Origin: an uncultured Bacteroidota bacterium
GTDB taxonomy: Bacteria; Bacteroidota; Bacteroidia; 2-12-FULL-35-15
Assembly: GCA_903926385.1 (NCBI GenBank)
Contig: CAIYIS010000025.1
Span: forward strand, 4,405-68,404
DNA: 64,000 bases
Direction: 5' to 3'
The translations under genes were made by a program, and so were the position numbers. Positions 39,090 to 51,017 of this stretch are shown here, in pieces (positions within the stretch are counted from its first letter, which is position 1; each line of letters opens with the position of its first letter). Below the pieces are notes generated by a model that was not told the DNA's origin, searched no databases, and saw only the letters and a list, made by a program, of their open reading frames with translations.

Positions 39090-40586
39090 TTATTCTTTAT
39101 AACTCCAACTAACTCCTTCTTTGGTGTCTTTTATAATTATGCCTTCAGCATCGGCTCTCTTTCTGATGAAATCTACCCTCGCATAATCTTTCGTTTCTTT
39201 CGAACCCTTATATAATTCAAGTAAGATGTCGTACAAATCATCAATCAAATTTGGTTTGTAAAACTTTTCCTCTTTCAATCCAAGAATATCTTCCACAAAC
39301 TGTATAAATGTAGTTTTCATTTTTTCGAATGTGGTTTCAGATAAAGATGCCAAAGGAATTATTTTGTGCGAAAACGAATTGATATATTTTAATAAATTAA
39401 AAAGATTAGCAATAACTATTGCAGAATTAAAATCATCATTCATCCCGGCATAGCACAGCTCGCAAAGTCTTTCTATTTCTGTATTCAGTTTTTCATCCTG
39501 CACTTCCGATTCCGGTTGATACACCAACGTTTTTAAAGTTACCAAACCGTTTATGATTCTTCTGTATCCCTTTTCGGAAGCACGTAAGGCTTCGTTCGAA
39601 AAGTCGAGTGTGCTGCGATAATGCGTTTGCATCATAAAAAATCTTACGGCCATCGGACTATACCCTTTGTCCAGCAACGGATGATTTCCTGTAAATAATT
39701 CTCCGGGCAAAAACCCATTCCCTGCCGACTTCGACATCCGAACGCCATTTACGGTAAGCATATTGGTATGTAGCCAGTAATTAACCGGTGAAGTATGATT
39801 ACACGCTTGCGATTGCGCTATCTCGTTGGTGTGATGTGTAGCCTGCAAGTCCATTCCTCCTCCATGAATGTCGAATGTATTGCCAAGGTATTTGCTGCTC
39901 ATAGCCGAACATTCGATATGCCAGCCCGGAAAACCCCATCCCCATGGCGAATTCCATTTCATCAATGTTTCTGGCTTGGCTGATATCCACAGGGCAAAAT
40001 CAAGTCGTCCTCTTTTTTCATCCTGTCCGCTCAGTTCTCGAGTGCCTTCCAAAAGGTCTTCCAGCTTGCGGTTGGTAAGTTGTCCATATGGAAATTCAGT
40101 ATTGTATTTTTCTACATTAAAATAAACGGTTCCATTAATTTCATAAGCATATCCATTCGAAATAATTTCTTTAATCATTTCTATTTGTTCGCTGATATGC
40201 CCGGTGGCTGTGGGCTCAATACTTGGAGAAAGTGTATTAAACTCGCGCATTACATCATGAAAACCCAATGTATATTTCTGAACAATCTCCATGGGTTCGA
40301 GTTGTTCGAGTTTTGCTTTTTTCACAAATTTATCGTCACCCTCATCTCGGTCACCTTCCAAATGCCCTGCATCCGTTATGTTTCGAACATAACGAACCTT
40401 AAACCCCAGATATAATAAGTAGCGATAAATTAAATCGAAAGAAATAAATGTGCGGCAATTGCCCAAATGAACATCACTGTATACTGTAGGCCCGCAAACA
40501 TATATCCCCACCCGCCCCGGATGAATGGGTGTAAATTTTTCTTTTGTTCTGGTTAACGTATTAAATAGATAAAGTTGGTTTCGCAT
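39090..40586 (-). CDS. cysS: Cysteine--tRNA ligase
   Basis: GPTVYSDVHLGNCRTF (HIGH region), KMSKSAGN, and Zn-binding C/H residues. 498 aa. Confidence 0.95.
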   Translation of the reverse strand: MRNQLYLFNTLTRTKEKFTPIHPGRVGIYVCGPTVYSDVHLGNCRTFISFDLIYRYLLYLGFKVRYVRNITDAGHLEGDRDEGDDKFVKKAKLEQLEPMEIVQKYTLGFHDVMREFNTLSPSIEPTATGHISEQIEMIKEIISNGYAYEINGTVYFNVEKYNTEFPYGQLTNRKLEDLLEGTRELSGQDEKRGRLDFALWISAKPETLMKWNSPWGWGFPGWHIECSAMSSKYLGNTFDIHGGGMDLQATHHTNEIAQSQACNHTSPVNYWLHTNMLTVNGVRMSKSAGNGFLPGELFTGNHPLLDKGYSPMAVRFFMMQTHYRSTLDFSNEALRASEKGYRRIINGLVTLKTLVYQPESEVQDEKLNTEIERLCELCYAGMNDDFNSAIVIANLFNLLKYINSFSHKIIPLASLSETTFEKMKTTFIQFVEDILGLKEEKFYKPNLIDDLYDILLELYKGSKETKDYARVDFIRKRADAEGIIIKDTKEGVSWSYKE

Positions 40587-40727
40587 TCAGATTATTTGGC
40601 TTTGTACTTTCTTTGTTTGTTTAGTATTTGCTGATTTCTTTTTCAACTCTTGTCAGGAGTGTTAAAAAAAGGACTTATGTTTTTTCATAAGTCCTGAGAT
40701 ATTAAGTTAACGACAATTCTGATTATA

Positions 40728-41612
40728 TTATTTATCCTCCTCTATTATGGCATCTCCTGCATATCTGCCACCTTTGTAAATGGCAATTCTCACCAGTATT
40801 CCATCCGAATTATAAATATAATTTTTACCGTCCATCAATTTGAAATCATGAAAAGTTCCGTCTTTGGAAACTTGTTTATTCATATTAAAAAGTTTCCATA
40901 CACCTTCTCCATTAAAAGGTTTACCCATGTTATCTTTCTCAGTTTTTTGAGGAATAACCGGGGGGGACACTTGTTTTTCTTCAGGAGTCTTCACTACTAT
41001 CGGCTGCTTTGGCTCATACGATTTAGATGTGGCAGCATCAAAAACACCATCGTTAAAATTTTTCTCTTCTCTTACATCTCCGTTTTCATAATATTCCTTC
41101 ACTATTCCCGATTCTTTACCGGCAGCCCAATTGCCCTCTATCATTAATTGTCCACTCTCGTAATAATATTTCTGAGGGCCTTCGCGTTTACCTCCGGGCG
41201 TAAACTTAAATTCCTGTTGCACTTGTCCATTGTCGTAATAAAGTTTATAATCTCCTACCCATCTTGCCATTTGCCATAAACCTTCTTCTTTTACTTTTCC
41301 ATTTTCGTGATACATCACCGCATATCCATTCGGTCTTCCGTTTTCATAAGTAATTCTGCTTTTCAGGTTAGTGTTGGGATAATATTCTTTCCAAATGCCG
41401 GTTTTCTTGCCATCTACATAAATACCTTCTTCCACTTTCTGGTCGTCAGTGTAGTTAAGTTTGTGAGCTGTTTTACCGTAAATGATCCATTTACCTTGCT
41501 TTTTATCGTTAGCATCTGTGTAGTTTATCGAATCCTTTCCGGGTGCTGCCAATGCAACGGAACTAACCATATTGCAAAGCAGAAAAAGCGAGAATAAAAG
41601 TATTTTTTTCAT
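40728..41612 (-). CDS. Secreted MORN-repeat (YwqK-like) protein
   Basis: Signal peptide MKKILLFSLFLLCNMVSSVALA. Repeated Y(Y/H)ENGxxxxEG(x)W/…GK..G motifs. Confidence 0.55.
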   Translation of the reverse strand: MKKILLFSLFLLCNMVSSVALAAPGKDSINYTDANDKKQGKWIIYGKTAHKLNYTDDQKVEEGIYVDGKKTGIWKEYYPNTNLKSRITYENGRPNGYAVMYHENGKVKEEGLWQMARWVGDYKLYYDNGQVQQEFKFTPGGKREGPQKYYYESGQLMIEGNWAAGKESGIVKEYYENGDVREEKNFNDGVFDAATSKSYEPKQPIVVKTPEEKQVSPPVIPQKTEKDNMGKPFNGEGVWKLFNMNKQVSKDGTFHDFKLMDGKNYIYNSDGILVRIAIYKGGRYAGDAIIEEDK

Positions 41613-41710
41613 TCGGATAAATAATTAGATTTTTTTCAGCGATAAAGTTATAATAAATTTTTCTTCTAAAACTGTTTTTACCTTATCACTTTAATTTTAA
41701 ACTGTGATGA

Positions 41711-42679
41711 TTATTTAGCAAGACTTACAGTCTCCGATTTAATTCTTTTCAAATTTAACATCATATCGTCTGTCATTCTTTTTAAATCATAATCCGGTTT
41801 CCAGCCCCAGTCCTTGGCTGCTTCAGACGCATCAATACTTTGAGGCCAGCTGTCGGCTATTTGCTGACGACTATCTGGTTTATACGATATAGTAAATTCA
41901 GGAATATGCTTTTTTATCTCCTCGGCAATTTGCTTTGGAGAAAAACTGAATCCGGCCAGGTTGTAACTTGAGCGTATTTTAACTTTTGCAGCATCAGCCT
42001 GCATAATTCCGATGGTGGCCTTAATTGCATCAGGCATGTACATCATAGGCAGTGTAGTATTTTCAGATAAGAAGCATTCGTAGGTTCCAGTTTTTAATGA
42101 TTCATGAAAAATATGAACAGCATAATCGGTTGTTCCTCCTCCCGGAGCCGATTGCCATCCTATCAATCCCGGATAGCGCATACTGCGTACATCCACATTG
42201 TATTTGTTAAAGTAATATTCGCACCAGCGTTCGCCAGCTTGTTTACTTATACCATATACTGTTGAAGGTTCCATAATGGTAAATTGAGGCGTGTTTTCCC
42301 GAGGTGTGTTAGGTCCAAAAACAGCGATAGAACTTGGCCAATAAATACGGTCAATCAGTTTTTCTTTTCCCAAATCGAGTACGTTGAACAGTCCCTGCAT
42401 ATTTAAAGCCCAACCAACTTTAGGCATCTTTTCGGCAGTAGCCGAAAGCAATGCTGCAAGCAGGTACACTTGTGTTACTTTATGTCGACTCACCACTTCG
42501 CCTAGTTGCTGAGCATTCATCACGTCTATAACTTCAAAAGGCCCCTCTTTAACTTGATCGGTTAATTTAATATCGGAAGCAATTACATTGTCTGTTCCGT
42601 ATTCCGCCCTCAAATTATGAACTAATTCAGTACCTATTTGTCCAGATGAACCTATTACTATTATTTTGTCTTTTGACAT
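41711..42679 (-). CDS. NAD-dependent epimerase/dehydratase family protein (SDR-type L-threonine 3-dehydrogenase-like)
   Basis: N-terminal Rossmann IIVIGSSGQIGTELV and catalytic YxxxK (YGISKQAGE). Length 322 aa. Confidence 0.6.
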   Translation of the reverse strand: MSKDKIIVIGSSGQIGTELVHNLRAEYGTDNVIASDIKLTDQVKEGPFEVIDVMNAQQLGEVVSRHKVTQVYLLAALLSATAEKMPKVGWALNMQGLFNVLDLGKEKLIDRIYWPSSIAVFGPNTPRENTPQFTIMEPSTVYGISKQAGERWCEYYFNKYNVDVRSMRYPGLIGWQSAPGGGTTDYAVHIFHESLKTGTYECFLSENTTLPMMYMPDAIKATIGIMQADAAKVKIRSSYNLAGFSFSPKQIAEEIKKHIPEFTISYKPDSRQQIADSWPQSIDASEAAKDWGWKPDYDLKRMTDDMMLNLKRIKSETVSLAK

Positions 42680-43020
42680 ATCGCAAAAATCTTAATTTTT
42701 TCTATTAAAAAATAATGGCTAAAAATAGTTTTTTATTGGCAGATAAAATTAAAAATACGTTTGTTTTTCGTCATAGTTTGAAAAACAGAAAATTGTTTAC
42801 AGAAAAAAATAATTACAAGTAGTTCCTTTATTATGCTGCTCATTTGCTTTTCCTTAGCGAAATTATTCGTATACAAGGAAAGATGTTGAAATTTTGTAAG
42901 ATATTTCTTTTCTGAAATCCATACTGAAAGGAGGGTAGAAAAAGTAATTTTTCATTACAATTTTAGTCATTTTGAAAAGTCAAATAATTTTATATTTTTG
43001 TCCTGTTCTAACCTGAAAAT

Positions 43021-44517
43021 ATGGAGCAGGAATATTTAAATAAAGGCAAAAACTATAGGCTACCGATACTTTTCTTTTGTCTGATTGCGGGAATTCGAGT
43101 TTTTATTTATTCCATTTCCTTTCCTTTTTTTAGTAATGTGGATGAACAATGGCACTTTGATTTGGTATTGAAGTATAGCGAAGGACATTTCCCAAAATCG
43201 TTGGAAACAATGTCGCCTCACACAGCAGAATATGTTGTAAAATACGAATCTCAAGAATACTTTAAGTCACCAGATTATTTTCCAGAACATCACTTTCCTG
43301 TTCCCATCTGGAAGTATCCTGAATCGAATTCACGAGATTATGTTAATCAAGGCATTGCCACTTGGAGTTCTGATTTCAATCACGATTCGTTGCAACCTCC
43401 CCTTTATTATTTGATAGCTGGCGCATGGGCAAAACTGGGGAATTGGCTTGGGTTTAGCGGAGGTTACTGGCTGTATTGGATACGTTGGTTAAACGTGCTT
43501 TTAATAGTTGCACTTGTTTGGATTTCGTATCGTACGGTTTCCTTAATCTACCCCGGAAATAAAATGATGATACTTGGAGTGCCTTTATTTACCGCAATTC
43601 TACCTCAGGACACTTTTTATTCTATACAAAGTGATGTGTTATCACCCGTTTGTTTCGGTCTAGCATTTCTGTATCTGATTCGTTTTGTTTTCGAAGATAA
43701 GCCTAGGACAAATTATGGAGTCATTGCCGGTTTGTCTTTAGTTGCTACTATATTGGTAAAAAACACGAACCTTCCATTGCTCCTTGTTTCCTTTGGTATT
43801 TTAGTGTTTGCGGTTTATCGCTGGAAGAAAACTCAATCATTTAAAGAAATCATTAAACCAGTGGCAATGTTTGTGGTATCCGGATATTTCCCTGTAATGC
43901 TGTGGTTTTTGTATAATCATATTATGCATGGGGATATAACCGCATCAGAAAGTAAAATTCAATTTTTAGCATGGACTCACAAACCCATTTCAGATTGGAT
44001 AAACCACCCCATATTTACTGCAAATGGATTATGGTTATATTGGAAAGATACCATTGTTAGTTATTGGAGAGGCGAATTTAACTGGTATTTAAAAATCCTA
44101 GCAATGCCCGCTATGGATGTATTTTATTGTGTATCTTCGTTTGTATTTATGATAATAGGAGCTTTTTTAATACGTAGCAGAAACACCATTTTCCAGAAGC
44201 AGATAAATCTTATTTCGTTATGTGTATTTATTTCGCTTTTGTTATTCATGATAGTGCTATCCATTAGTTTTGATTACGGAGATTGCACTTATCCCTCTCA
44301 AACATATCCATATTTTGCTTCAGGTCGTCTGATAAGTGCTTCACTTATTCCATTTCTGATTTTGTATGTTCAAGGTTTGGAAAAGGTGCTATGTTGGATC
44401 AAGAGCGAGATACTCCGTATTGGCATCTTAACTGTTCTGGCAATAACCATTACCATTTCAGAAGTCATTATTAACCTCCCTGCTTTTTTCAGCGAGTTTA
44501 ATATGTTTAATTTATAA
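43021..44517 (+). CDS. Polytopic membrane protein, probable GT-C-fold glycosyltransferase (PMT/ArnT-like)
   Basis: 12 or more TM helices. Conserved acidic DE motif in the first extracytoplasmic loop (FFSNVDEQWHFD). Confidence 0.4.
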   Translation: MEQEYLNKGKNYRLPILFFCLIAGIRVFIYSISFPFFSNVDEQWHFDLVLKYSEGHFPKSLETMSPHTAEYVVKYESQEYFKSPDYFPEHHFPVPIWKYPESNSRDYVNQGIATWSSDFNHDSLQPPLYYLIAGAWAKLGNWLGFSGGYWLYWIRWLNVLLIVALVWISYRTVSLIYPGNKMMILGVPLFTAILPQDTFYSIQSDVLSPVCFGLAFLYLIRFVFEDKPRTNYGVIAGLSLVATILVKNTNLPLLLVSFGILVFAVYRWKKTQSFKEIIKPVAMFVVSGYFPVMLWFLYNHIMHGDITASESKIQFLAWTHKPISDWINHPIFTANGLWLYWKDTIVSYWRGEFNWYLKILAMPAMDVFYCVSSFVFMIIGAFLIRSRNTIFQKQINLISLCVFISLLLFMIVLSISFDYGDCTYPSQTYPYFASGRLISASLIPFLILYVQGLEKVLCWIKSEILRIGILTVLAITITISEVIINLPAFFSEFNMFNL

Positions 44518-44553
44518 TATCTCTATTGGATTTTTAGAGGACGAAGAATAAAT

Positions 44554-45051
44554 CTACTCCGGAATACTCAGCTTGCGAATTGCTACAAGTGGCCCGGGAC
44601 AGTGTTCTGAATGGCAACTTACACATGCATTCACCACAGCATTGTAATTTTGTTTCAGTTGTTCTTTTGGAGAATGATACAGATTATTTAGATTAGTCAG
44701 ATAAGCGGATGCAAATCCATCAAAGGAAGGCTTTTTGGTATCTGCATCAGTAGGTTGTGCAGTATGTATTTTCAGAAATTCTTCTGGAAATTTTTCGGGT
44801 AATTTACCTTGCTTAATCAGTTCTTTCATACTGGCTGATGATTTTAGCATTGAGCGCATCAAAACGGAAAGTTCGCTACTTCCATTCGGATTAATTTTAT
44901 TTGCGGCACATGCCGATGTATCCTTATTTGCAACAGCGTCTTTTTTCTCAATGCCATGTGAACACTGAGAAAAAAGACCTGTCAAACAAACGAACAGTAC
45001 TAAAACAGAATATTTATTTTTTAATGATAACACCACTTGCTTCAAAGCCAA
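44554..45051 (-). CDS. Secreted protein with a single CxxCH haem-binding motif (c-type cytochrome-like)
   Basis: Signal peptide, and ACVSCHSEHC near the C-terminus. The start overlaps the upstream gene's 3' end by 38 bp, so the true start is uncertain. Confidence 0.35.
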   Translation of the reverse strand: MALKQVVLSLKNKYSVLVLFVCLTGLFSQCSHGIEKKDAVANKDTSACAANKINPNGSSELSVLMRSMLKSSASMKELIKQGKLPEKFPEEFLKIHTAQPTDADTKKPSFDGFASAYLTNLNNLYHSPKEQLKQNYNAVVNACVSCHSEHCPGPLVAIRKLSIPE

Positions 45052-45502
45052 TATTGATTTCGGGTTCTGTAATTTTTGCTATTTCTTCTTTGGACTTTCC
45101 GGCATCTTCAGCATAATGTTGAAGTTCTTTGACAGAAGTTGTATCGTTTTTGGCAACACCTTCAATAAATACCGTCTTTCCGGCAGCATCTTTAGGAACA
45201 AAGAAAGCATAGTCTTTAAAACGAACTTGCATTTCCTGATTATTGCCAATCGCGACTTTCATCCAGCATCCTTTTTTCTGACAAACGGCATTAATAACTC
45301 CTGTTAATTTCACTTTCATCGAATCCTTACCTTTCATCATGGTCGAAATCTGATCGGCCGCAACGGCTCCTGCTGTGGTGATGCTGTCACCGAAATACGA
45401 CAAAGTAGTGTCCTTAGCCGGTGCTTGATTTTTTGTTTCTCCGCTGTTGTTTCCGCAAGCCGAAAACAAAGCAATTCCTGCAATAAATAGTAATTTTTTC
45501 AT
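45014..45502 (-). CDS. Lipoprotein, DUF4920-like (CxxxGCW motif)
   Basis: MKKLLFIAGIALFSACGNNSG lipobox and VCQKKGCWMKV. Confidence 0.4.
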   Translation of the reverse strand: MKKLLFIAGIALFSACGNNSGETKNQAPAKDTTLSYFGDSITTAGAVAADQISTMMKGKDSMKVKLTGVINAVCQKKGCWMKVAIGNNQEMQVRFKDYAFFVPKDAAGKTVFIEGVAKNDTTSVKELQHYAEDAGKSKEEIAKITEPEINIGFEASGVIIKK

Positions 45503-45634
45503 AATTTATTTTTATTTGGTTTATATTGAATTCTAAATAACGAACACAAGCTACAGCATACTCAAAACAATGTCGAATTGCTATGAGAGGTAATTACATA
45601 AATGAGAAACAAACTTTAGAGAAGGTTCCGAATA

Positions 45635-46987
45635 TTAGTGAGCCTTGTCTTCCGTTAAATCAAATGTATCCAAAAATTTGGTTGTGTAATTTCCTGCTAT
45701 AAAGTCCGGATCTTTCATTAATCTCAGGTGAAAAGGAATAGTTGTTTTTACTCCTTCTATTACATATTCACTCAACGCACGGTGCATTTTGGCAATAGCT
45801 TCTTCTCTGGTTTGAGCCACAGTAATAAGTTTTGCCACCATACTATCGTAATTTGGAGGAATGGTGTAACCTGAATAGATATGTGAATCGATACGTATTC
45901 CGTGACCTCCGGGAGTATGAAGGTTGGTTATTCTTCCCGGTGATGGTCTGAAATTATTAAATGGGTCTTCTGCATTAATTCTGCATTCGATGGCATGTAA
46001 TTGAGGGAAGTAATTTTTCCCTGAAATAGGCACACCTGCAGCAACTAAAATCTGTTCGCGAATTAAGTCGTAATTAATCACCTCTTCTGTAATCGGGTGT
46101 TCTACCTGAATACGAGTGTTCATTTCCATAAAATAGAAATTACGGTGTTTGTCTACCAAAAATTCCACTGTACCTACTCCTTCGTATTTAACAGCCAAAG
46201 CAGCTTTTATGGCAGCAGCACCCATTGCATCGCGCAATTCATCCGTCATAAACGGAGATGGTGTTTCTTCGATTAATTTTTGGTGACGTCTTTGAATAGA
46301 ACAATCTCTTTCTGAAAGGTGACAAGCTTTTCCATACTGGTCGCCTACAATTTGAATTTCGATATGGCGAGGTTCCTCAATGTATTTTTCCATATACATT
46401 GCACCATTACCAAATGCAGCTTCGGCTTCTTTAAAAGCAGAGTCGTAAAGCGCATTCATATCTTCTTCTTTCCAAACGATGCGCATACCACGACCGCCAC
46501 CACCTGCAGTAGCTTTAATAATTACAGGATAGCCAACTTTTGGAGCCAATTCAATGGCCTGTGCGGCACTTTCCAATAACCCGTCAGAACCGGGAACACA
46601 GGGAACTCCGGCAGCAATCATTGTTGCTTTAGCCGATGCCTTATCTCCCATTTTGTTAATCATGGCAGGTGATGCACCAATAAATTTGATATCGTGTTCC
46701 TGACAAATTTCAGAGAACTTTGCATTCTCAGATAAAAATCCATACCCCGGATGAATGGCATCGGAGTTGGTTATTTCTGCTGCAGAAATAATGCTTGGAA
46801 TATTAAGATAGGATTCTTTGGATGGAGGAGGGCCTATACAAACAGCCTCATCTGCAAACTTAACATGCAGCGATTCTTTGTCGGCAGTGGAATAAACAGC
46901 CACAGTCTGAATTCCCATTTCTTTGCATGTACGAATAATTCGCAATGCTATTTCACCTCTGTTTGCAATTAATATTTTTTTAAACAT
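45635..46987 (-). CDS. accC: Acetyl-CoA carboxylase biotin carboxylase subunit
   Basis: [29 protein letters not shown]-grasp motifs and the [12 protein letters not shown] signature. 450 aa. Confidence 0.95.
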   Translation of the reverse strand: MFKKILIANRGEIALRIIRTCKEMGIQTVAVYSTADKESLHVKFADEAVCIGPPPSKESYLNIPSIISAAEITNSDAIHPGYGFLSENAKFSEICQEHDIKFIGASPAMINKMGDKASAKATMIAAGVPCVPGSDGLLESAAQAIELAPKVGYPVIIKATAGGGGRGMRIVWKEEDMNALYDSAFKEAEAAFGNGAMYMEKYIEEPRHIEIQIVGDQYGKACHLSERDCSIQRRHQKLIEETPSPFMTDELRDAMGAAAIKAALAVKYEGVGTVEFLVDKHRNFYFMEMNTRIQVEHPITEEVINYDLIREQILVAAGVPISGKNYFPQLHAIECRINAEDPFNNFRPSPGRITNLHTPGGHGIRIDSHIYSGYTIPPNYDSMVAKLITVAQTREEAIAKMHRALSEYVIEGVKTTIPFHLRLMKDPDFIAGNYTTKFLDTFDLTEDKAH

Positions 46988-47100
46988 GTTTTGTCAATTT
47001 GAAAATTAAACAATTTGAAAATTTGAAAACGAATTAAAATGATACACCAACTGAAATGCGATCTGCATTTTCAAATCAGTACCTATTTCAAATTGTCAAA

Positions 47101-47589
47101 TTAACTTGGGTCAACTAAAAATAATGGCTGATCGTATTCCACCGGAGTGGCATCGTTAACCAATACTTTTACTATTTTACCTTTAATGTCCGATTCGATT
47201 TCGTTGAATAATTTCATTGCTTCAATTATACAAACTGTTTTTCCTGGTGTAATCTCATCACCTACATTAATGAATGGAGGTTTGTCGGCTCCAGGAGCGC
47301 GATAGAATGTTCCAATCATTGGAGATTTAATGGTCACATATTTTGCATCTTCCGAAGGAGCCGGAGGTTTCACTTCAGGAGCTTTGGCTTCTACAACCGG
47401 CTGCTGAACCACAGGTGCTGCCATTGTTTGCATCATTGGCTGAGCTATTTGCTGAACAATGGTTTGTTCTTTTCCTTTACCAGCAGGAGTTTTAATAATA
47501 ATTTTAATATCCTTTGTTTCTACTTCCACCTCGCTAACGCCAGATTTTGCAACAAACTTTATCAGGTCTTGAATTTCGTTTAGTTTCAT
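47101..47589 (-). CDS. accB: Acetyl-CoA carboxylase biotin carboxyl carrier protein
   Basis: Biotinyl-lysine motif IEAMKLFNEIE, and an Ala/Pro-rich linker. Confidence 0.9.
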   Translation of the reverse strand: MKLNEIQDLIKFVAKSGVSEVEVETKDIKIIIKTPAGKGKEQTIVQQIAQPMMQTMAAPVVQQPVVEAKAPEVKPPAPSEDAKYVTIKSPMIGTFYRAPGADKPPFINVGDEITPGKTVCIIEAMKLFNEIESDIKGKIVKVLVNDATPVEYDQPLFLVDPS

Positions 47590-47660
47590 TTTTTTAAATT
47601 ATTAAATTGTTACTTTACTAAATTGCTAATGTATTTTACTTAAAATATTATCTGTTTTAC

Positions 47661-48656
47661 TTATTTGCCGTTATAGGCCCATTTAATGTAAATGGCACCC
47701 CAGGTAAAACCTGCCCCAAAGGTAGAAATTATCAGATTGTCGCCTTTTTTAAGCTGACTTTCATAATCCCATAAACAAAGAGGAATGGTACCGGCTGTTG
47801 TGTTACCGTAGCGCTGAATATTCAGCATTACTTTTTCGGGAGGCACTCCCATACGCTCGGCTGTAACATCTATTATCCGTTTGTTGGCCTGATGTGGCAC
47901 CAACCAATTTACATCTTCAGATGTTAAATTGTTTTTTTGCATGATGGCGGCCGAAACATCTGCCATACCAACCACAGCTCTTTTAAATACCGGTTGTCCA
48001 TCCTGGTAAACAAAATGTTCTTTGGCATCTATGGTTTGGTGAGTAGGTGGTTTTACCGAACCTCCGGCTTTCTGATGCAAGTATTTTCTACCCGAACCAT
48101 CCACTCCAAGAATAGAATCGAGAACCCCGTAACCTTCGGTATTAGGCTCAAGAAGCACAGCTCCTGCTCCATCTCCGAAAATGATACAAGTAGAACGATC
48201 GGTATAATCGAGTATGGACGACATTTTATCGGCACCTACCACAATCACCTTTTTATATTTTCCGGTTTCGATAAATTGAGAACCGGTAACCAGTCCGAAA
48301 ACAAAACCCGAACATGCTGCCGAAAGGTCATACCCCCAGGCATTGGTGGCACCCACTTTATCGCAAATTACATTGGATGTAGAAGGAAAGACAAAATCAG
48401 GTGTAACCGTACCCACTATAATCATGTCGATTTCCAAAGGTGAAATGCCTCTTTTTTTGAGCAACATTTCAATGGCTTTAACACACATATCGGAAGTGCC
48501 CAGCCCTTCACCTTTTAAAATTCTTCTTTCTTTAATCCCTGTTCTGGTTTCAATCCATTCTGCTGTGGTAGGGACCATTTTTACCAAATCTTCATTAGTA
48601 AGAACATCTTCAGGAACAAATCCCGCAACAGCGGTAATAGCGGCTGTTATTTTCAT
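47661..48656 (-). CDS. fabH: 3-oxoacyl-ACP synthase III
   Basis: Active-site Cys [10 protein letters not shown], His/Asn region ([10 protein letters not shown]), and GNTTAGTIP. Confidence 0.9.
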   Translation of the reverse strand: MKITAAITAVAGFVPEDVLTNEDLVKMVPTTAEWIETRTGIKERRILKGEGLGTSDMCVKAIEMLLKKRGISPLEIDMIIVGTVTPDFVFPSTSNVICDKVGATNAWGYDLSAACSGFVFGLVTGSQFIETGKYKKVIVVGADKMSSILDYTDRSTCIIFGDGAGAVLLEPNTEGYGVLDSILGVDGSGRKYLHQKAGGSVKPPTHQTIDAKEHFVYQDGQPVFKRAVVGMADVSAAIMQKNNLTSEDVNWLVPHQANKRIIDVTAERMGVPPEKVMLNIQRYGNTTAGTIPLCLWDYESQLKKGDNLIISTFGAGFTWGAIYIKWAYNGK

Positions 48657-48658
48657 AA

Positions 48659-49597
48659 TTATTGAAACACGTTTTTAATTTTTTCCGAAAGTTTTGCTTC
48701 CACCACATCTTTGGTAAGCAGAAGCATATTTTTTACTGCAAAATCATTGGATATGCCATGACCAATCATTACGGTTGAATTGATTCCTAAAACAGGAGTA
48801 CCTCCGTAAATTTCGTAATTGAAACGTTCGAAATATTCGTCTTTTATTCCTCTACGCTGAATGAGTTCGTAAAAAGCTTCTTCTTGTTTCAACACAATGT
48901 TTCCGGTAAATCCGTCACATACTATAACATCAGCCTTGTCGTTAAACACATCGCGGCCTTCTATATTACCGATAAAGTTAAAGTCTTTAGAATCTTTCAT
49001 TAAAGCATGAGCCGATTGGGCCACCAGATTACCTTTTTCGGATTCTTCACCGATATTTAGCAAACCAACTTTTGGATTTTTGATACCATAAACACTTTCG
49101 GCAAGTATAGAACCTACCACCCCAAACTGGTACAATACATCCGGTTTGCAGTCGGCATTAATACCCACATCGAGTATCAAACCTACTCCTCCGTTTTCTT
49201 TTGGCAAAATGGTGGTGATGCAGGGACGAATAATGCCCGCAATGGTTTTGATGGTAAACATACAGCCGATGAGCATAGCACCGGTGTTTCCGTTGCTGGC
49301 AAATGCATCAATCTTTCCTTCTTTTAAAAGATGAAACCCAACTACAATGCTGGAGTTGGGTTTTTGAGAGAATGCTTTGGTAGGATGTTCGCCCATACCT
49401 ATTACTTCGGGAGCATCCACAATATCGAAATTGGCAACATCGGCATTGAGTTTTGCAAGACCTGCTTCAATCTGAATTTTATCTCCGATTAATACAAGTC
49501 TGACATCCGAAGGTAATTCGTTATAAGCCTGCACAGCTCCTAAAATAGTAGCTCCGGGTGCAAAATCACCGCCCATAATATCTATACCTATTTTCAT
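48659..49597 (-). CDS. plsX: Phosphate acyltransferase
   Basis: [15 protein letters not shown]...; collinear with the rpmF-plsX-fabH arrangement. Confidence 0.9.
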   Translation of the reverse strand: MKIGIDIMGGDFAPGATILGAVQAYNELPSDVRLVLIGDKIQIEAGLAKLNADVANFDIVDAPEVIGMGEHPTKAFSQKPNSSIVVGFHLLKEGKIDAFASNGNTGAMLIGCMFTIKTIAGIIRPCITTILPKENGGVGLILDVGINADCKPDVLYQFGVVGSILAESVYGIKNPKVGLLNIGEESEKGNLVAQSAHALMKDSKDFNFIGNIEGRDVFNDKADVIVCDGFTGNIVLKQEEAFYELIQRRGIKDEYFERFNYEIYGGTPVLGINSTVMIGHGISNDFAVKNMLLLTKDVVEAKLSEKIKNVFQ

Positions 49598-49730
49598 CTT
49601 TGGTAAATTTGGTAATTACTTAATCAGGTTAAAGGTGGTTAAAACAAAAAATAAGAATTCCTGCAAAACAAGAAGAACTTGTTTTGCTGGAATTTTGTTT
49701 ATTTAATGTGTAACCGAATTAGCCAAATTA

Positions 49731-49916
49731 TTAGGCATTAACTTTTTTCTCAATAGCAAGTTTTCCTCTGTAGTAACCGCACTCACCGCATACACGGTGG
49801 TATAAAGTAGGTGCTCCGCAGTTCGAGCAGGTAGACATGGTAGATGCTACCGCTTTGTCTTGACCTCTACGGCTATCTCTTCTCGATCTCGATAATTTTC
49901 GCTTTGGATGTGGCAT
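49731..49916 (-). CDS. rpmF: 50S ribosomal protein L32
   Basis: MPHPKRKLSRSRRDSRRG...CSNCGAPTLYHRVCGECGYYRGK (zinc ribbon). Confidence 0.9.
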   Translation of the reverse strand: MPHPKRKLSRSRRDSRRGQDKAVASTMSTCSNCGAPTLYHRVCGECGYYRGKLAIEKKVNA

Positions 49917-50010
49917 TTTCTTATTATTTTATTGTTTATTTATTAATTGGAGATTAGATAATTTTAAGACCTTAAGAAATCTCCGAATCTTATGGTCTCT
50001 ATATTTTTAA

Positions 50011-50544
50011 TTAATTCAATTTAATGTTTTTCAATCCGTCCCATCTTGGGTCGGTTTTGTCTTTTTTCTCTTCTTTGGTCAAAAACTTTTTGAGTTTTTT
50101 GAGCACTTCCTTGTTACATGTCGATTTTCCTTTGCTGTCGAGCGGATGTTCGCGCTTAATAGGCAACGAAAGCGTAATGTATTCATAAATATACTGCGAC
50201 AAATCGAGTTGGTGTTCGTTAGACGACACTGAAATAATATCATCGTCCTCGCTTTCCTCTTCGGTTCCGCCAAATTTCACAATGAGTTTATATGTACCTG
50301 ATATAGGTAAATCGAACTCGGTAGCACATAAATCGCAAATAACTTTTACAGTTCCCGATATTTCGAACTGCAGAATCATCATTTGAGATTGACGAAGCAA
50401 ATTTAGGTTTACGGTAATGTCGGCTTGCTTAATTTCTGAATAATCAAGGTGCTCAAAGAACGCATCATTAACCTTAAACTCATATTTATGCTCCCCAAGA
50501 GCTAATGCTACAAACTGAATAATGTACTGTTTCCGGTTTTGCAT
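50011..50544 (-). CDS. yceD: DUF177 / YceD-family protein (23S rRNA accumulation protein)
   Basis: Conserved position upstream of rpmF, typical length, acidic C-terminus. Confidence 0.75.
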   Translation of the reverse strand: MQNRKQYIIQFVALALGEHKYEFKVNDAFFEHLDYSEIKQADITVNLNLLRQSQMMILQFEISGTVKVICDLCATEFDLPISGTYKLIVKFGGTEEESEDDDIISVSSNEHQLDLSQYIYEYITLSLPIKREHPLDSKGKSTCNKEVLKKLKKFLTKEEKKDKTDPRWDGLKNIKLN

Positions 50545-51017
50545 TTTATAAAAGTTTTAAAGAAAAGACCGCAAAGGTAAAAAAATAAGCTTTACGTCAA
50601 AATCTTATCGAAAATTTAATTTTTAGGCTCCATTTTGAGTTTATTTTGGAGTTTTCAATGTAAAAAAAGGTCGTATTAGGTTTCAAAGAGGCAATAAATG
50701 TTGATTGGTTTGACTAAAAAACATTTATGTTTATCACTTGGCAACATTCTCACATAGAAATAAGTCGGACCATATCTGAGTAAAAAAACGGAAATCCCGT
50801 AAAATCTCAGATTCTATTAAGCCAAGAAACGCTGGCCTTCATAAATAAAACTTGCCTTACCATCTTTTTGAGAAAAACAATGTTTTCTGCCCTTACTTAC
50901 TCTTCAAAACACCCTATACTTTATATTATAATACATTACGAAAATAAAATGCATTTTAAAACAGATTTTCGGCAAAAAAACACGAATTAATAAGTGGTCG
51001 GATCACTATATTTTTTT